Shown: positions 14,839-29,230 of the stretch, in pieces
How positions within the stretch are numbered: position 1 is the first letter of the stretch
Layout of the letters: each line of letters starts with the position of its first letter
Source of the DNA: Gnetum montanum
Lineage: Eukaryota; Plantae; Gnetophyta
NCBI GenBank assembly: GCA_015680685.1
Contig: MNCI01000627.1
Span: 386,535 to 450,534, forward strand
Reading direction: 5' to 3'
Length of the DNA: 64,000 bases
Notes under the pieces: model-generated
Seen by the model: only the letters and a program-made list of their open reading frames with translations
Databases searched by the model: none
Told to the model about the DNA's origin: nothing
Made by a program: the position numbers and the translations under genes

Positions 14839-17800
14839 TATTGTAGGCCAACAGTATCCTACCATTAGGATTTTTATGGTCATGCATATCCTTGCATAGT
14901 GGCCTCCACAAGGGCCTTCATGAGCATATTGGAGAACACGTAATTGGTCTGCATCAAGGATACACCAACGAACCAAGCCATCGACGCATACCTTGTAAAG
15001 GTGTCCATTGATTTCTATGAAGTACTTAGCCTAATGAAGAAACTATTGTTTCTTCCTAAAGTCCAAATCCTGTGGCATCGCCTAAGTGAGAAGGTAAGTG
15101 AGGATGCCATCATACCATTTTGATTCAATGGGCACTTGATCATTTATCACTCCTGTAAAGAGGAGTTCGTTTAGAAATTTATCAAAGAGTGGGTTCTCCT
15201 TCTCTTTATTATTTCATCTTAACTGAGAAAGGTAGTCCGCAGCCACATTCTCAGACCCTTTTTGATCTACCATTGTGAGATCAAATTCTTGCAAGATCAT
15301 GAGCCACCATATGATATGGGGATTCATCATTGGCTTATTCATTAGAAAGCGGATGCCACTGTGATCCATGTGCATAAACACTTTGTAGCCAAACACATAG
15401 TGCCTAAAATTTTCAAGAGAATACACCACTTCCATTAGTTCTTTCTCAATTATGGTGTAATACAATTGTGCACCCATAATGCTTCAGCTTACGTAGTGGA
15501 TGTAATATGGATGCTTCTTATAGTCTAGCTACATAATCATGACTCCCGAAGCATAATTAGATGCATCTATCATTATATGAAATGGCATGGACCAGTCTGG
15601 TGCCCATAGAATTGGAGTTCCTACAAGTTTTTATTTTAACTGTTGGAATGCATGTTTGCACTCCTTCGTCTAGATGAATGCAACATCTTTATTTGTAAGC
15701 TTAACTAATAGCTTTGCGATCTTAGAGAATTCTGTATAAATCATTGGTAGTAGTCAATGTGTCAAAGGAATGATCAAACATATTTGACTATCTTTGGTTG
15801 GTGTGTGATTCCTTGGATGACCCTTATCTTTTCTAGGTCTACCTCAATCCCTACTTGAGTAATTCTTTGCCCTAATACTATGCCTCCTGGACCATTAAAT
15901 GGCTTTTCTTGCAATTTAGCCTAAGGTTTATTTTAAGACATTTTTAAGTACTTACTTAAGGTGGTCCAAGGCTTGCTCAAATGTAGCCCCATAGGTAGAG
16001 AAGCCATCCATAAAGACTTCTACCCTACTACCAATATACTATTGAAAAATACTAAGGACTAGGCATTGAAATGTTGCAAAGATAGTGCATAGACCAAACA
16101 ACATCTTACAACATGAAAAAGTCCCCTAGAGGCTTATGAATGTTGTTTTGGCTTGATCTTCTGGCATAGTCTTGATTTGGTTATAGCCACTATAACCATC
16201 CAAGAAGCTATAATAGCAATGCCTAGATATGGTGTCCAACACTTTGTCTACAAATGGTAATGGAAAATGATCTTTAAATGTTGTCATATTCAACAACATA
16301 AAGTTGACACAGACCTGCCACTTGCCACCTTTCTTTGGCATAATTATAAGTGGGCTAACCCACTTACTATCTACAATGAGATAGATGAACCCCACTTTGA
16401 GGAGTTGTTCTATTTCCTCCTTGACAATCTACTTCAACTTAGGGTTCAACTGCCTCTGCAACTACCTTCTTGGCTTCATGGTTGGGTTAGTGTAAATATG
16501 ATGCTGGCATATCCTTGGATCAATTTCAATTAGTTTATGATATGACCAAGGAAAGGCTATTGGCCATTTGTTGATCACCTTCAACTGCTTATCTTTTTAT
16601 TTGGAAGCAAGATTTGCATTGATTATAACTAACTTTCCATTTTTAAAAAATGCATACTCTATGCTGGCTAGTAGAGTTTTTAACTTTAGGGGTTCTAGCT
16701 TGAAATGATTAGGGATTACCAACTCTCCCCAACAGGTATCATCAACTTCATCATCAAAGAGTTGATGATGAACTTGCTCAAGTTCATCCATGCCTTTGAC
16801 ATAAGCACATGTTACGTTCTCAGTAGGCTCCATGCATAGTGTGCTACTACCAAAGTTAGCTATTAGCCATTGGGTACCCTTCGGTTTTGTGGTTACTGCG
16901 TACATGCACCTTTGGATATCTGTTTCATGTGCATACTGATTACATGCTTTAATGAATGTACTTTTAATGAATCATAATGTTTGCATGTAATTGCACTCAT
17001 CATCGCTATACATGATGCATGGAACTTGCTTCTTCTTAAGTTGTCAAAATTTGTTCTCCTTGGAGATTTCCAAGGAGAGGTCCCTAATGCTCATTTGTGC
17101 ATCAATAGTGCTTAACCATGCATGTCCCATAATGATGGGGAAGTTGCTTTTGCAATTTTCTACCTGGATCACCAGAAAATTAGTAAGATAGGACCACCCA
17201 CAAACTATAGTCACAATGTCCTCCACTAATCCAAAAGGGACAATGATCGATTGGTCTTTCAATTCCAAATGGATATTGCTCTTCTTGAGAGGTGGTAGGT
17301 TCTAGGCCTTGTACATATCATGAGAGATGAGACTAACACCAGAACTAAAATTAAGAAGAGCCTTGCATGGCCCAAGTCCAGTGATTTGTAAGTAAATAAG
17401 AGGACTTCTTGGGTTAGATCTCTTCATGGAACGGTTACCAACCTTGATCCAATCAGAGATAGCATGAGTTAACATCATAGTGTAGATTTGAGGTGGTGTT
17501 TGGTTTGAAGGGCCCTCGAATGTGTTTGATGCAAAGGATGAAGGTGCTGGAGATACAGGGTGGCCAATTGTATTAGGTTGTGTAGGTTTGGGAGGACTAT
17601 TGGGTCAAAAAAAGGTCACTTCTTGGATCGATTTTTTGAACCACTCGGTTGGAAGGCCGGTTGTAAATTTACAGCCCTTGTAGAATTTCGTTGTTGTAGT
17701 TATGGGGGAATTTCACCCTGCATTGACGAAGTAGGAGGTAATTAAGTTGAGGATGGAGGGGTGTGTGTAGATGAATGTAGAGGGTGATATGAATATGGAT

Positions 17801-20041
17801 GCTTCCCTTGAGTAGATGATGAATGAGTTCAATAGTACTCTAGAGGATAATAGTGATGTTGGAATGAGGTGTGGTTGGCAGAGCTTTGTGGAGAAATAGG
17901 TTGTTGGACATAGTACCCATATGGATTTAGTTCCCTATAAGGGTACTACTATCTTGGTGGTGGTATCCCCCATGATTGTGGTTGCTACCACTACTGGTAT
18001 TTCTCATACAGTTGTGGTGGAGCTCCACTTAGATAATAACCTTGTCATTGCTGTTAGAACTACCTTGGATTTCCTTAAGGATAAGGCAATCATCTAGGTG
18101 CTTGCCTCCTTGCTAGTTAAGGATTCAACATGTACACCCCAGACTCTTGTAAGTATGACACCATAGGGAAACATCCCTGTTGATGTTCATATTAACAAAT
18201 GTCACATTTAACATCATCATTAGAGTTTGTCTCAATAACTTCTTCTACTGCAGTAGCTTTGCCCTTACCTCTCTAGTAGGCATGTTCAACTTCTTTTTGC
18301 CTCCTACACTCATTATCACTATTCTACTATTTAGATGCTTCAGCAATCTTCATAGTAGTTTAGAATTTTTCATCCAAAGAGTCCCATAATTTATCAACCT
18401 TTGTTAAAATATCAAAAATAGATTTTTGGATGGGCAAAGGTTTCCTATTTACCACCTTGTCAAGTGGTGACTCCTCCTCATCATAGAATCAGACCTCCCT
18501 TTTCCTGATGGAAGGATTCCTATTCTATTCTATTGTACTTTCTCTTTTTTGCAACTCCTATTATTCTTTTGCTACCTACTCTATTAGCCTTTATATTCGA
18601 TGAGCTCTTAGTTTGAATAGTCTCCAATGGCCATAAACCCCAAGAGCTCTTCTAGTTTTTACTTTGAGCCAATCTATGATGTGGCAAAATTGTTCCCTCT
18701 AAGAATAACCATGGCTAGGGCATCGGTGTAAGAGAGAATAATATCTATCCATGGTAGCATCCAAGGGTTCATGTGTTTTCTATTTCGAGCCTTGGATTTA
18801 CTTTCTTAGATTAGACACTCTAGAGTATGTCTGGTATTTGTCATTAAATAGTTCTAGCATGGTACTCCATCTGTGAATGGATTCTAGTTACAAGGACCAA
18901 TACTAGCTTTCTGCCTCTTTGATGAGTATCATGGGGAATAGCTTCAATTTCTGCTAGTCATTCTCTATGTTTTGTAAAGTTCAAGCATCATGAAAGGCTT
19001 GTAGATGATTTTGCTAATCAAAGTTATATCCCCCCTTAAATCTAGAGATATTTTTCACATGCTTAGTTGGGATTTTTACAGCCTTTGCAATATTTAACAT
19101 ACTTTGGGTTGCTAGTAAAGGTTCACCATCATCATTATTGTGTTGTCATCAATGATTTCCTCTATTATCCCTTTGTTCATTGTGGCCTCGATGATCAATA
19201 TTGTCCTGCTATTCACCTTCATCACGATTGCTCCTTTTGCGATGTTTTTCAGAATCAGAAGAAGAGGAGGAAGAAGATGCATATGAAGAGGACAAAGAGG
19301 GGGAAGGACTTCCTTCACCATGGTATCTACCAACTCCCCTTTGGTTGTCACGACCAAGTTCTTCTGTTTTCTTATGATCTTGATGCTTGTCCAAGCTCCT
19401 ACCTTGACTGCCATCTTTATCTGAACTTGGATTGTTGATAGTGGACTACAAATTCAAGGCCACACCCCCATCACTAGTATCAAGAGTTGGAGAATTTTCA
19501 TGTTGAGAGCCCCCAGAGAGAGGATCCTCATTGTCTTCTTGGTTAAGTAGGAATAAGGAATTAGTGAACCATTTCCCCTTCATCAACTCATGGTACTTCT
19601 CTTGGTGTCAATCTCCCTAACATTATGTTTCTATGGAACGGTAGTCTCAATAGTCAGAATCATGCATAACGTACTCATCTTGAAGATCTTGAATGCCTAA
19701 CGTTTAAGAGTCTAAAGTAGCATCACAGGAATAGATCGATTAAGAGGCATTACTACATTGCCTTCGATGTCATGCCATCATAGTTATTCATCTTAGTGTA
19801 GGATGAAGGTGAAATTAGGCACATAATCATCTGGATGAGTATATACCACTTTGCATTCTTGAGGGACTAGTAGTTTAGCATCATCACACCTATGAGAAGA
19901 AGACATTTTTCAAAAATAATAAAATTTCAATGTGCGTATATGATTGTATTATGTGTGAGAATGATGTTGACCTTAGGGTTCATCCAATGATATTAATACT
20001 ATTCACTAATCTTAGATTGCGCATGTTTCAAAAAAAAAGAG

Positions 20042-20059
20042 TCATCGGCAATGACACCA
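20042..20059 (-). promoter_or_regulatory. Primer binding site (Athila/tRNA-Asp type, decayed)
   Basis: TGGTGTCATTGCCGATGA directly after the LTR; resembles TGGCGCCGTTGCCGGGGA with transition changes. Confidence 0.75.
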
Positions 20060-20060
20060 A

Positions 20061-20974
20061 TGATGAATGGTGAAAGGTACCCCTATGCTCAACCATATGA
20101 ATCACAAAGTGTTCATGCACGATCTGGTTGAATTTTGTAAATTCTATAGTTTTCTAATCCACTAGTTCTCGAGGAAGTAAACTAGGCATTGAGGACGTTC
20201 ATTGTCTTCCAAACTACACTTGTGAAGCTCAAGGGTATGGTTAAAGTGTAATTGAGGCACATGATGTTTTTCATTTTATATTTTATGGTTTTGGTACTTG
20301 AAATGAATAGGATAAAGAATAAAGTAATTTAATGTCTACTTTAATCTAACATGTTAACTATTACTCAACTAGTCCTAACATAAATATTTGGTCCCACTTG
20401 TTGTACACATCCTAAAAACATATAATGTTTCCTGGTTACCAAGTGTTAAGCATTGCTAGGATTACCAAATGTCATACGCATGCTCGAAGTGGTCATACTT
20501 ATGTATTTACTTAATCGATATTTAGCTTATCTTGTTTAATTACTTAATTAACTTAATTACTAAGAAAAATTGAATAAATAACTAAAAACATTAAATGCAT
20601 GAATAAAACATTTTAGATATCTAGAATGCTACAAGGTTTATTAAGAAGTTTCTCTTTATTGCTACACACACTGTCATGCTTAGGTATGACAGTGCTCAAA
20701 TAAAGATTCGTACACTTAATGACTCCTGCTATGGGTACTTAGGAAAATATTCTAACTTTCGAATGTAAAAACTACAAGAGCTTCACTACAACTATGACAA
20801 GATGATGCCTAAACATGATGGGTTGGCACATATTTGTAGGCAAGAACAAACCTTACATTGATAGAGCCACGTCAATGCATCAAATGATACGTCGATGGGG
20901 CCTAGTTGACACAGCCTAATCAATGGGGCCTAGTCAACAAGGCCTCATTGACGTGGCCAATCCATGACTCATCA
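20061..20974 (-). mobile_element. 5' LTR of the Athila-like element (914 bp)
   Basis: TGATGA...TCATCA termini, decayed TATA 20831-20838, GTCGAC-type array 20860-20970, followed by a PBS. Confidence 0.85.
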
Positions 20975-23900
20975 ATAGTAAGAATTGTAAAAAAAGTATA
21001 AAGAATGAAAAATATCAAAGAATTCAAAAATGTATTAAAGAATGTGAAAAAATTTTAAGAAAACAAAAGTATAAAAGAATGAGAAAAGATTAAAGAATGT
21101 GAAACATGGATATCAAGAATTGTAAAATAAAAAATGGAAAACAATTATTAATTCTTGAGTTTGGATAAGGCATCTCCCCCATGACTGAACTCATGGGCAA
21201 GTGTTTGGAAAATGCTCCCTAGATCTCCTGGATCATACACTCTAGGTGGTTCACTTACCATCTTTAATAATTTGACTTTTCTATTATTATCCCATGTAAT
21301 TTTGATGGTAGTGGAGTTATCATTAGCTAAATCCATGTTTTCTTTTCCTACTAATGTATGATCATAGTTTAGTGTTTTTATGTTTGGATCCTTAGTTGGA
21401 GTCATCTTCTTATATTGGAAATTAGTAAGTGGTTTAGATGGTTCCATGCATGTTTTAGATGATTTTTGGTTCTAAGTTAGTGGCCACAGTGTGTCTTTTG
21501 GTTTAGTGGATTCTACTATCTCTTATGCACACACTTGTTTTTCATATTTGTTGTGGACTATTGTAATAACTATGTTAACATTCTAAAGTGTCGATCCACC
21601 ATTGCATCCTTTTCTTTCAGTAGTAATGCATGGAATTCACTACGTGTGTATGGCCCCATGAATGTCTTTCTTAGAGATCTCAACAGATAGATCCCTCATA
21701 CTTAGCTTAGCATTGATTGTGTTAAGCCATGCTCTTCCCATGATAATTAGAAATTCCTTATTAGCATCTTTTACATCAATTACTAGAAAGTTTGCTAGAT
21801 AAGACCACCCATTGATAGTGGTTAGTACATCATCTATTTGTCCCAAAGGAATGGCGATAGACTAATATGCAAGCTCCAACCTAATGTTGCACTTTTTTAA
21901 TGGTGGTAGGTTCATGCTTGATTTGTTTCGTAAGAGATCAGATTTACCTTGGAACTTGGGTATAATAAAGCTTTGCATGGTAGATTTCCAACTACTTGTA
22001 AATAAATCAAAGGAATTCCTGGATCAATTCTCTTCTTAGGGAGTGGTCCTACCTTAATCCAGTCTATGATAACTTCAATAAGCATGATAGTTCGTATATT
22101 TTTGTTAGATGACAATGGAAGCTTGTTGTTAGTAAGAAAATCTGTGGTAGGGAAATTTGGTCTTGTTGAAGCTCTAATTCTAATAGCCTTTTTAGGACTT
22201 GTCCTAAAAAAAGGATGTCTCTTTGTCTATCCCTTAGTGTTGCTAGTAAGATCCTCTACTTGTATATTTATTGTCATGCAGCTTTTCTTTGCTATGGCTA
22301 TGATGAAAATTCTCCTTGCATAGCAGGTGGTGGCATTGGTGGTAAAGGATTTGGATTATCATTTGAAAAATTAGCTACTTGTGGATGCACATATGAGATT
22401 GAGTTGGTCCTTGGTGGTGTTAGTAAGTGGTATTCTAGTGGATAATATCATGGAGTTTGAGTAGTTGAATTTGCTAGTGAGGCTAGATGTTGAACAAAAT
22501 ATCCATATGAATCGAGTTACCTATATGGATATTGTTGGTGAGGTGGTGGCATAGCTCACAATTGAGGCTATTTTCACTACTACTAATAATGCTCTTGTGG
22601 CTGTGGCAAAGCTCCACTAGGATAATAGATTGGTTGGAGGTTTTGTCGATAGCTACATTAAGGATAAGATAACCATTTGGGCATCTATATTTTAACAACT
22701 TTGGGATTGAGTGCGTATGCCCTTGTCTCTTGTAGATGTGTCATGACTAGGCAACACTCCTTGGAATGTTTGTACTAACACATAGTGCAACCTTCCTCAT
22801 TGATGAAGCTAGTGTCTAAGCACTTAGCCACTAAAGCAATTTTGCCTCTTCATCTAGACTCTTTTTTCTTCCTTTTGTCTTTACCTTTTCCAAAGGCTTG
22901 CTCGGTTCTTTCCTTCACAATTTTTAATGCAATTTCAAATTTCTAATCAATAGAATCCCACATTTTCTCTACTTTGGTTGCAATATCACTTACATATTTT
23001 TGGATCAATAGTGTCTTTTTTTGGATAGCCTAATTCAAGTTTTCTTCCTCTTGTGTATCGCAGACTCATGCATCTCTCTTTTGAATTGATAAACCTCTAT
23101 TGTACTCTTCAACTAATTCCCTCTTTCTTAGCTCACCTTCCTTCTTTGCCACTTGATTGATTAATTTTTGGATGTGATGGGTAGTCATTTTTGATAACCT
23201 CCCTTGGGTATTAACCCTAAGAGTCTCTCTATTTTTGCTTTGTAGGCCATCTACAATGTGCCTAAGCTATTTCCTTGATGAAAATCCATGGCTTGGACAT
23301 ATGTGTAACAGTGAATAATATCTACCCATTACTGCATCAAGGGTCTCATGAGTTCATTTCTTCCATCCTTTGATCTATTTTCTTAACTTAGATACTCATG
23401 AATAAGTTTGGTATTTATCGTTGAAGAGTTCGAGCATGGTACTCCAACATTTGATTGATTTAGATTCTAGTGACCTATACCAGCTCTCTGTCTCATTCAA
23501 AAGTATTATGGGAAATAGTTTTAACTTTTTCCAATCACTTTCAATATTTTGTAGGATGCAAGCATCTTGAAAAGCTTGAAGATGATGTTGTGGATTAGCA
23601 TTATAGCCACCTTCAACTCTTAGCATTTTGTTCATATCAAGCCATTTAATATGACTATCCCTAATGTGCCTAGTTGGTATGTGGACAGCTTCCTAGATGT
23701 TTATCATGCTTTGGGTTGCCATAAGGGGTTCATTATCTTGATTGAGTTCATGTGCTCTCTTATAGTAGCACCTCCTTCTGTGTTGATGCCTTTCCTAATC
23801 CTCTCTTTGATCCTTATGCCTGCTTTATTGGTACTCTTTATCTTTTAAATCATAATGTCTTGAATGTTGATCATAACAATCATGAGTCCTCCTCTCTTCC

Positions 23901-25640
23901 TTGTCATAATCTCTATTCCTTGGCCTCCTCCTATCAAAGTTCTTTGATGATCATGAGGATGAGGATGATATAGTAGGAGAATGGTGTTGGCTTGTTCTTC
24001 TTTCATGACTCCTGTATTCATCTTTGTGAGATCTTGCAGATACTCTTGGCCTTGAGTCCTTCTTATATCTTGAGTTGATTGCCTCCCTCTTAGGTTTCTT
24101 TCTTAGGATAGACTAAATTTGAACTTTGACAAGTTCTTCTAGTCTGATGATAGGTGTTTTTGAAGGCTCTTCATGATTTTGGTGGAGTTGTTCTGTGATG
24201 AATGTATCAACATCAAGTTCCTCCAAGACAACAGAAGTGTTGACCTACTTTCCTTTGTTATGTATATGTTTGGTTTCCATGGTAGCATCTCTCCTCATCT
24301 TCTTCTTTTTTGATTTATAAGGCCTAGTCATGTGCTTAGTCACGTGGTACCCTTCCTAGATTTGGTTTAGATTCATTCCCCTTAAGGCAGTTTGAAGCTT
24401 GGTGAATGTTGCATGTTCTAGAGGCAGGACAATGTTGCCTTGTATGTCTCTCCACCTCATTTGACTATCCTCATGGAATATGAAAGTAAAATCTAGATGG
24501 TAAGGATCAGTGTGAGCATAAGTGATTCTTGTTTGCATTAGCATCCCACATTCTTCATCAACTTCAATACTATTACTACACCTCCTTATCTCTTTGGTAG
24601 GTGGTGATGTATCTTTGTTTGAGGCCATGTTTGTGGTTTAAGGCATTGGTTAAGTATTTGTAACTTGTTTGGGATTATTAAAAGATTAAGATTTTGACTT
24701 TGGATTTTTGATACAACAAACTTTGAAAAATCAATTACTAAGCATACATTAAGTTGTCCCCAGAAATGGTGCCAATGATGAATGATGGAGTAATCCAACA
24801 CCCAACCATACGAGATATGAATGTTCACATGCCAGCAATTGGTTTAAGTTCATGATCATTGTCTTCACACATGAACTAGTAAAAATCTATGTGTATGGTT
24901 TAATTCATGTTGAGGTGTATCATAACTGATATTGTATTAGCCATATTACGCCTAGCAAACATGAAGAATAGTAATGGTTTCTAAATCTAAGTAAACAGTA
25001 AACAAATGTAGTCTATCCTAGTGCGATGAGTATCTGGTCCTAACCTTTTGTTTAAACCTTGGGCTTCATGAAACTACTACTAGGACTACCAAGTACTTTA
25101 CTATTAGGTGTATCAAGTTATATCTCTACTAGGTTGCTAAGCAATCACACTTAAGTACTCAAGATTAGTCGTACTCATTCCACTTACAATAGTAAATGTA
25201 AACTGCATGGGAAAGTAAATCATTAACTAAGAAATAGTAAACATTATACTAAGTCAAAGCAAGAAAATTATTCTAAGTGTAAACAATAAATATAGGAGAA
25301 TGCTGCAGTAGTGAGAAATAGCTCGATATTTATTTCTAGTTACACTTGTGCCCAAGTACAAAATGCTCGAATAAAGATTTTGTTCACTAGTTCACACTAT
25401 ACTACAAGCATTTACACTTCTAATCACTAAGTCTAAGTTACTGAAAACAAACTGAAAGGATTCTACTAAGTGTGGAATGAAATTGTTATTGGACCATGTG
25501 CCTAAGTGTCATATTTATAGACTTACATGTGTCCGCAATATCATATATCCAACATTGTAGCTTATGCCCTAATATTGGGAATTTGATATCATGGCTTCAT
25601 ATCGAATGTTCAATATTGTAGCTGTGTAAAAACTAAATCA
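20975..25640 (-). mobile_element. Non-autonomous Athila-like element with gag-protease only
   Basis: LTR 24776-~25640, PBS TGGCACCATTTCTGGGGA (24757-24774), ORF from 24628, gag 23396-23635, PR 21640-22115. The ORF ends at 21148 across the PPT, with no RT/RH/INT. Confidence 0.82.
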
Positions 25641-26587
25641 TGGAAGTAGGAATCTATAATGTTCATGCAACATTACTTTTAATATTATTTCTGAATTTTC
25701 AATTAATGCGACGTCATTTGTAATTATTAGAAGTTGTAATCATGATTGATCCACTTTAATTATGTAATTTATGAGGACCTCTTTTATCCATCTTTTAATT
25801 TATTAATGAAAATATCAAACAATAATGATGAAGAGGCACTACTCCTGCACTATTGTAAAACTAACAAAATCATATAGTTTCATTATCTTTTAACTCAAAA
25901 TTATTTCTCTATATAAGTTTTGGATGACATTGAATAAACTAGAATCAATTTTAAGTTATTAATGAAGGATGGACTTGGTGTTAGGAATTAATGGTTTGTA
26001 ACATTCCAAAGCTTAGAAAGAAACCATGGCAACATAGCTAATTATTAACAATAATCTCAAAAAGCAAAACTGAATCAAAATGTGACATGAACCAAAATAA
26101 TATTAAAATAAAAAAGAAAAAATATTGAAAATACAGTTAAGCATCATGCACCATCATAATCCATTGAATATTAACCAAATAGCACAACTGATAGATTAAA
26201 CAAATTAAAGTACATATTTTAACCCCTAGGTTTGTTGATATCAACTCTCCCATGCTAGCATGGGGCCATGATTAATAAGTTTTAATCCCATGACAATTAG
26301 AAATCCCATGAATATATATAGAGTTCTATGAGATGAAAAGGTTCATCATGTTTAATAGAAACAAACACAGTATCATCATTATAAATAACGATACTTATGG
26401 GATGACTTAGGATTAAATTTAAAAACAAATTAGATGAACTTAACAAAATTTAAATTTTTACTTTGGTGGAATACCTTTTTAAACTTTTGTATGCAAAATA
26501 GAAGCCAGCCCATGGCAGGAATTTAGTTTCTTTGTTTTCCAAATTCTTCAAGTTTCACAAATTAAACAACAATACAAACTACCAAAT

Positions 26588-27179
26588 TGATGAGCGGCGA
26601 GGTACACCTACGCTCAACCATACGAATACAAGTGTTTCATGCATGATCCAGTCTAATTCCAAGGACTAAGTGCTTATGTGCCCTTGTGGAACAAGGATGG
26701 GTTGATTGATCGTGGTTTTCCCAAACTTACTTGTATGTCATGATTGTATGGTTGAGTAAGCTTGAGGCATATGATTTTTATATCTTTTATGTTTTTATGT
26801 CTTGTGCTAATAGGGAAAGAGAGAGATAACTAGGTGACTAATTTAACTTAACTACTCATTAACTAAATTCTAACTAATCCTAACATAAGCATTTTTTCCC
26901 ACTTGCCATACACATCCTAAACTAGTGCAACACTGCTAGGATTACCAAACACTAATTGTTACTAGGTTTCCAAGCATTAGATGCATGCTCGAAGCAGTCG
27001 TGCTTGTGTAATTTAATGATTTGCTTAATTGATCAAAATGAATTGNAGAATAACTGCTAAAACAACCGCTAGAGTAACCACTCTAATAATTAGAATAACT
27101 ACTAGAGTAACTGCTAGAGTAACCACTAGAGTAATTGCTCTAATAATTACAATAACTGCTACAGTAATCGTTCTCATCA
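26588..27179 (-). mobile_element. Solo Athila-like LTR with 5-bp TSD
   Basis: TGATGAG...CTCATCA termini. CAAAT at 26583-26587 and 27180-27184. Internal N at 27046 collapses part of the LTR. Confidence 0.9.
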
Positions 27180-27699
27180 CAAATAATAATCTCCTTTGTT
27201 AGAATCTATGTCAAAATCTTTAGTTGTTGGATACAAAACGAAAGAATTATTATAATCTTCTTAAATTAAATACTTATATAAGATAGCAAATCTACTTATT
27301 TTAATTATTAAAAGAATTTTTTCTTGATATTCTTCTTGTATACTTCTGCTGATACTTAGTGTTTCTTAATATAATTTAGGAACCTTTAAAGTGGCTCTAT
27401 GTTTGAAAACTTTACATACATTCATTAATTGATTGATTGATTGATTTCGAATTAGTTATTATGCTCATCGCTCCAAGAAAATTGGCTTTTTGCACTTTTT
27501 AGATGAATCCAAATATCCAATCAAGAAAGTAATATATACCTTTGAAAAATCTTGTTTACCTAAAAAAAATGTTGTTAGTTCTTTTTAATGAAAAAGTAAA
27601 TGTTTTGAAATTAGAGTAAATAGCTTTTGAATCTAGAAGTTTTCTTGAACATTCATCCCAAAAACGTTTTGGAACAATGTTATTTCTATGGCATCTAGA

Positions 27700-29230
27700 T
27701 CTATAAACTGGAATAACAGTATTTCATGAAAGCATTATGAAGTGCACCTATGAGAAATGACTTTTCTGTAGCAGTTGTTCCCTGGATAATCATTCGTAAA
27801 GGGGAAATAACTTCATTTATTGACTATGAAAACATCATGTGTCCTAAAATTTTATTGTAGCATTTCTTTTGCTTAGCACCTAGCTTATCAAAATTGTAGG
27901 CACCATAGTCATGGTCAATCATAATCATGGACCAAGATGATTTATTGTTGGTAATAAAGCTTGTAACGTCCAGTCATGCATCCTATCAACATCCCATAGG
28001 CCAAGCATCTCCAATTCTGTTCTCTGAAAACAACCTGTTGATAAGAGATAATAGTTCAGGATCTCAAAATCATATTCTCCATGATCCTGCAATTAGGGAG
28101 TTACATCTACAAAATTGTCTTTCTTCCTCAAAGCTCAATGCAATTATTTTTTAGTATTAATCTCTGGTGCTACATATAGATGTTGAATAGACAACCACTT
28201 CATTTTAATCTCCTCATCATTAGAACCAAGATTTTGCTTCACATCTCTAAATGGATAATGCAACAACAACATAACCCACTAGTATTCAATCCATTTTTGT
28301 TTCCCTTGCTTCGGTGGGATGAGAGACCTAGGACAATATCTCATAATGGCATCTAGCTCTCAATGACATGAATTCCAATTTGAGTTGTTCTTGTTCTTCA
28401 TGTTGCAATTGTACTCTCTAAAAGCCTATAGCAATGATACATCCTCCCATCGGAAAGTAGACATTTCTAATACATATTAATAAGAGTTGTGTAGTTTTAA
28501 CCTTCATCAATTTTCTTTGAACTAATTTGAACTTTTTTCTACACCTCTTGAGAAGTATTAACTATGTGGAAAACATAACTATAGTTTACCAAAGAAAGCT
28601 CATACAACATGGGACAAACCTCCATGGCACCAATGTCTCTATTTGCAGCAACATCCATCATAAGCCCTTTGTAGACTAATAAGCATCCTCATAAGGATCC
28701 CTTGACTCTAAAATTTGCAACAACATGTCATGAAAAGATTGTGATTTCTTCTCTGATTTAGTTGCATATTTCGTGATGTATTTTATGACAACATATTGTG
28801 ACATTACTGGCTAAAAGTCTGTATTTTCCCTCCATGTTTGAAACATCATTTTGTTATGAACATTAAGCCTTGAATCATTCCTTTAAGGAACATAAGTAAT
28901 CTCATTATTATATTTTGAATCTCTCTAAAGAGTGGATTCTAAAGATAACAACCAAGGAACATTATACCTAGAATTGAAAGATATGGAAATTGAATATCTA
29001 TATAATACTTATTCCAAGATAAATTAAAGTTCACCTGCTAATATAAATGAATGCAATGATGAGTAAATAGTAAAGAAATAACAATTCAATTAGAATGTGG
29101 TACTTGCAAACTTCTCTGCCATTACATTTTCTTGAGCATGCACTAGGTTTGCAAATTGCATGTCTTTGAATAGCATTAAGTAATTTAGCATAATTAGTTT
29201 CCAGATCCATACATTGTAGTTGTTCAGTAA
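27700..29230 (-). mobile_element. Degenerate Helitron-like Rep/PIF1 helicase
   Basis: Minus translation IQRHAICKPSAC, RNDSRLNVHN..QTWRENTDF*PVMS..IKYITKYATKSE, RDIGAMEV (Rep) and IIQGTTATEKSFLI at ~27750-27795 (decayed Walker A GTAGTGKS). Confidence 0.8.

Larger units (their letters stand above)
11795..20974 (-). mobile_element. Degenerate Athila-like Ty3/gypsy element: 5' LTR, PBS, gag-PR-RT-RH-INT, 3' non-coding region; 3' end truncated
   Basis: LTR 20061-20974, PBS 20042-20059, gag ~19650-17900, PR ~17350-17050, RT (16126-16395 WVSPL..FLDGYSGYNQI), RH (15214-15477), INT to ~13490. The 3' region 13400-12500 is homologous to 5380-6200. Confidence 0.92.

Noticed and set aside
20061-21185. 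Shared LTR between tandem elements (PPT-like motif on one side, PBS on the other)
   Set aside because: The LTR terminus is at 20974, about 200 bp from the PPT. Nesting into the other element's 3' non-coding region explains it better.
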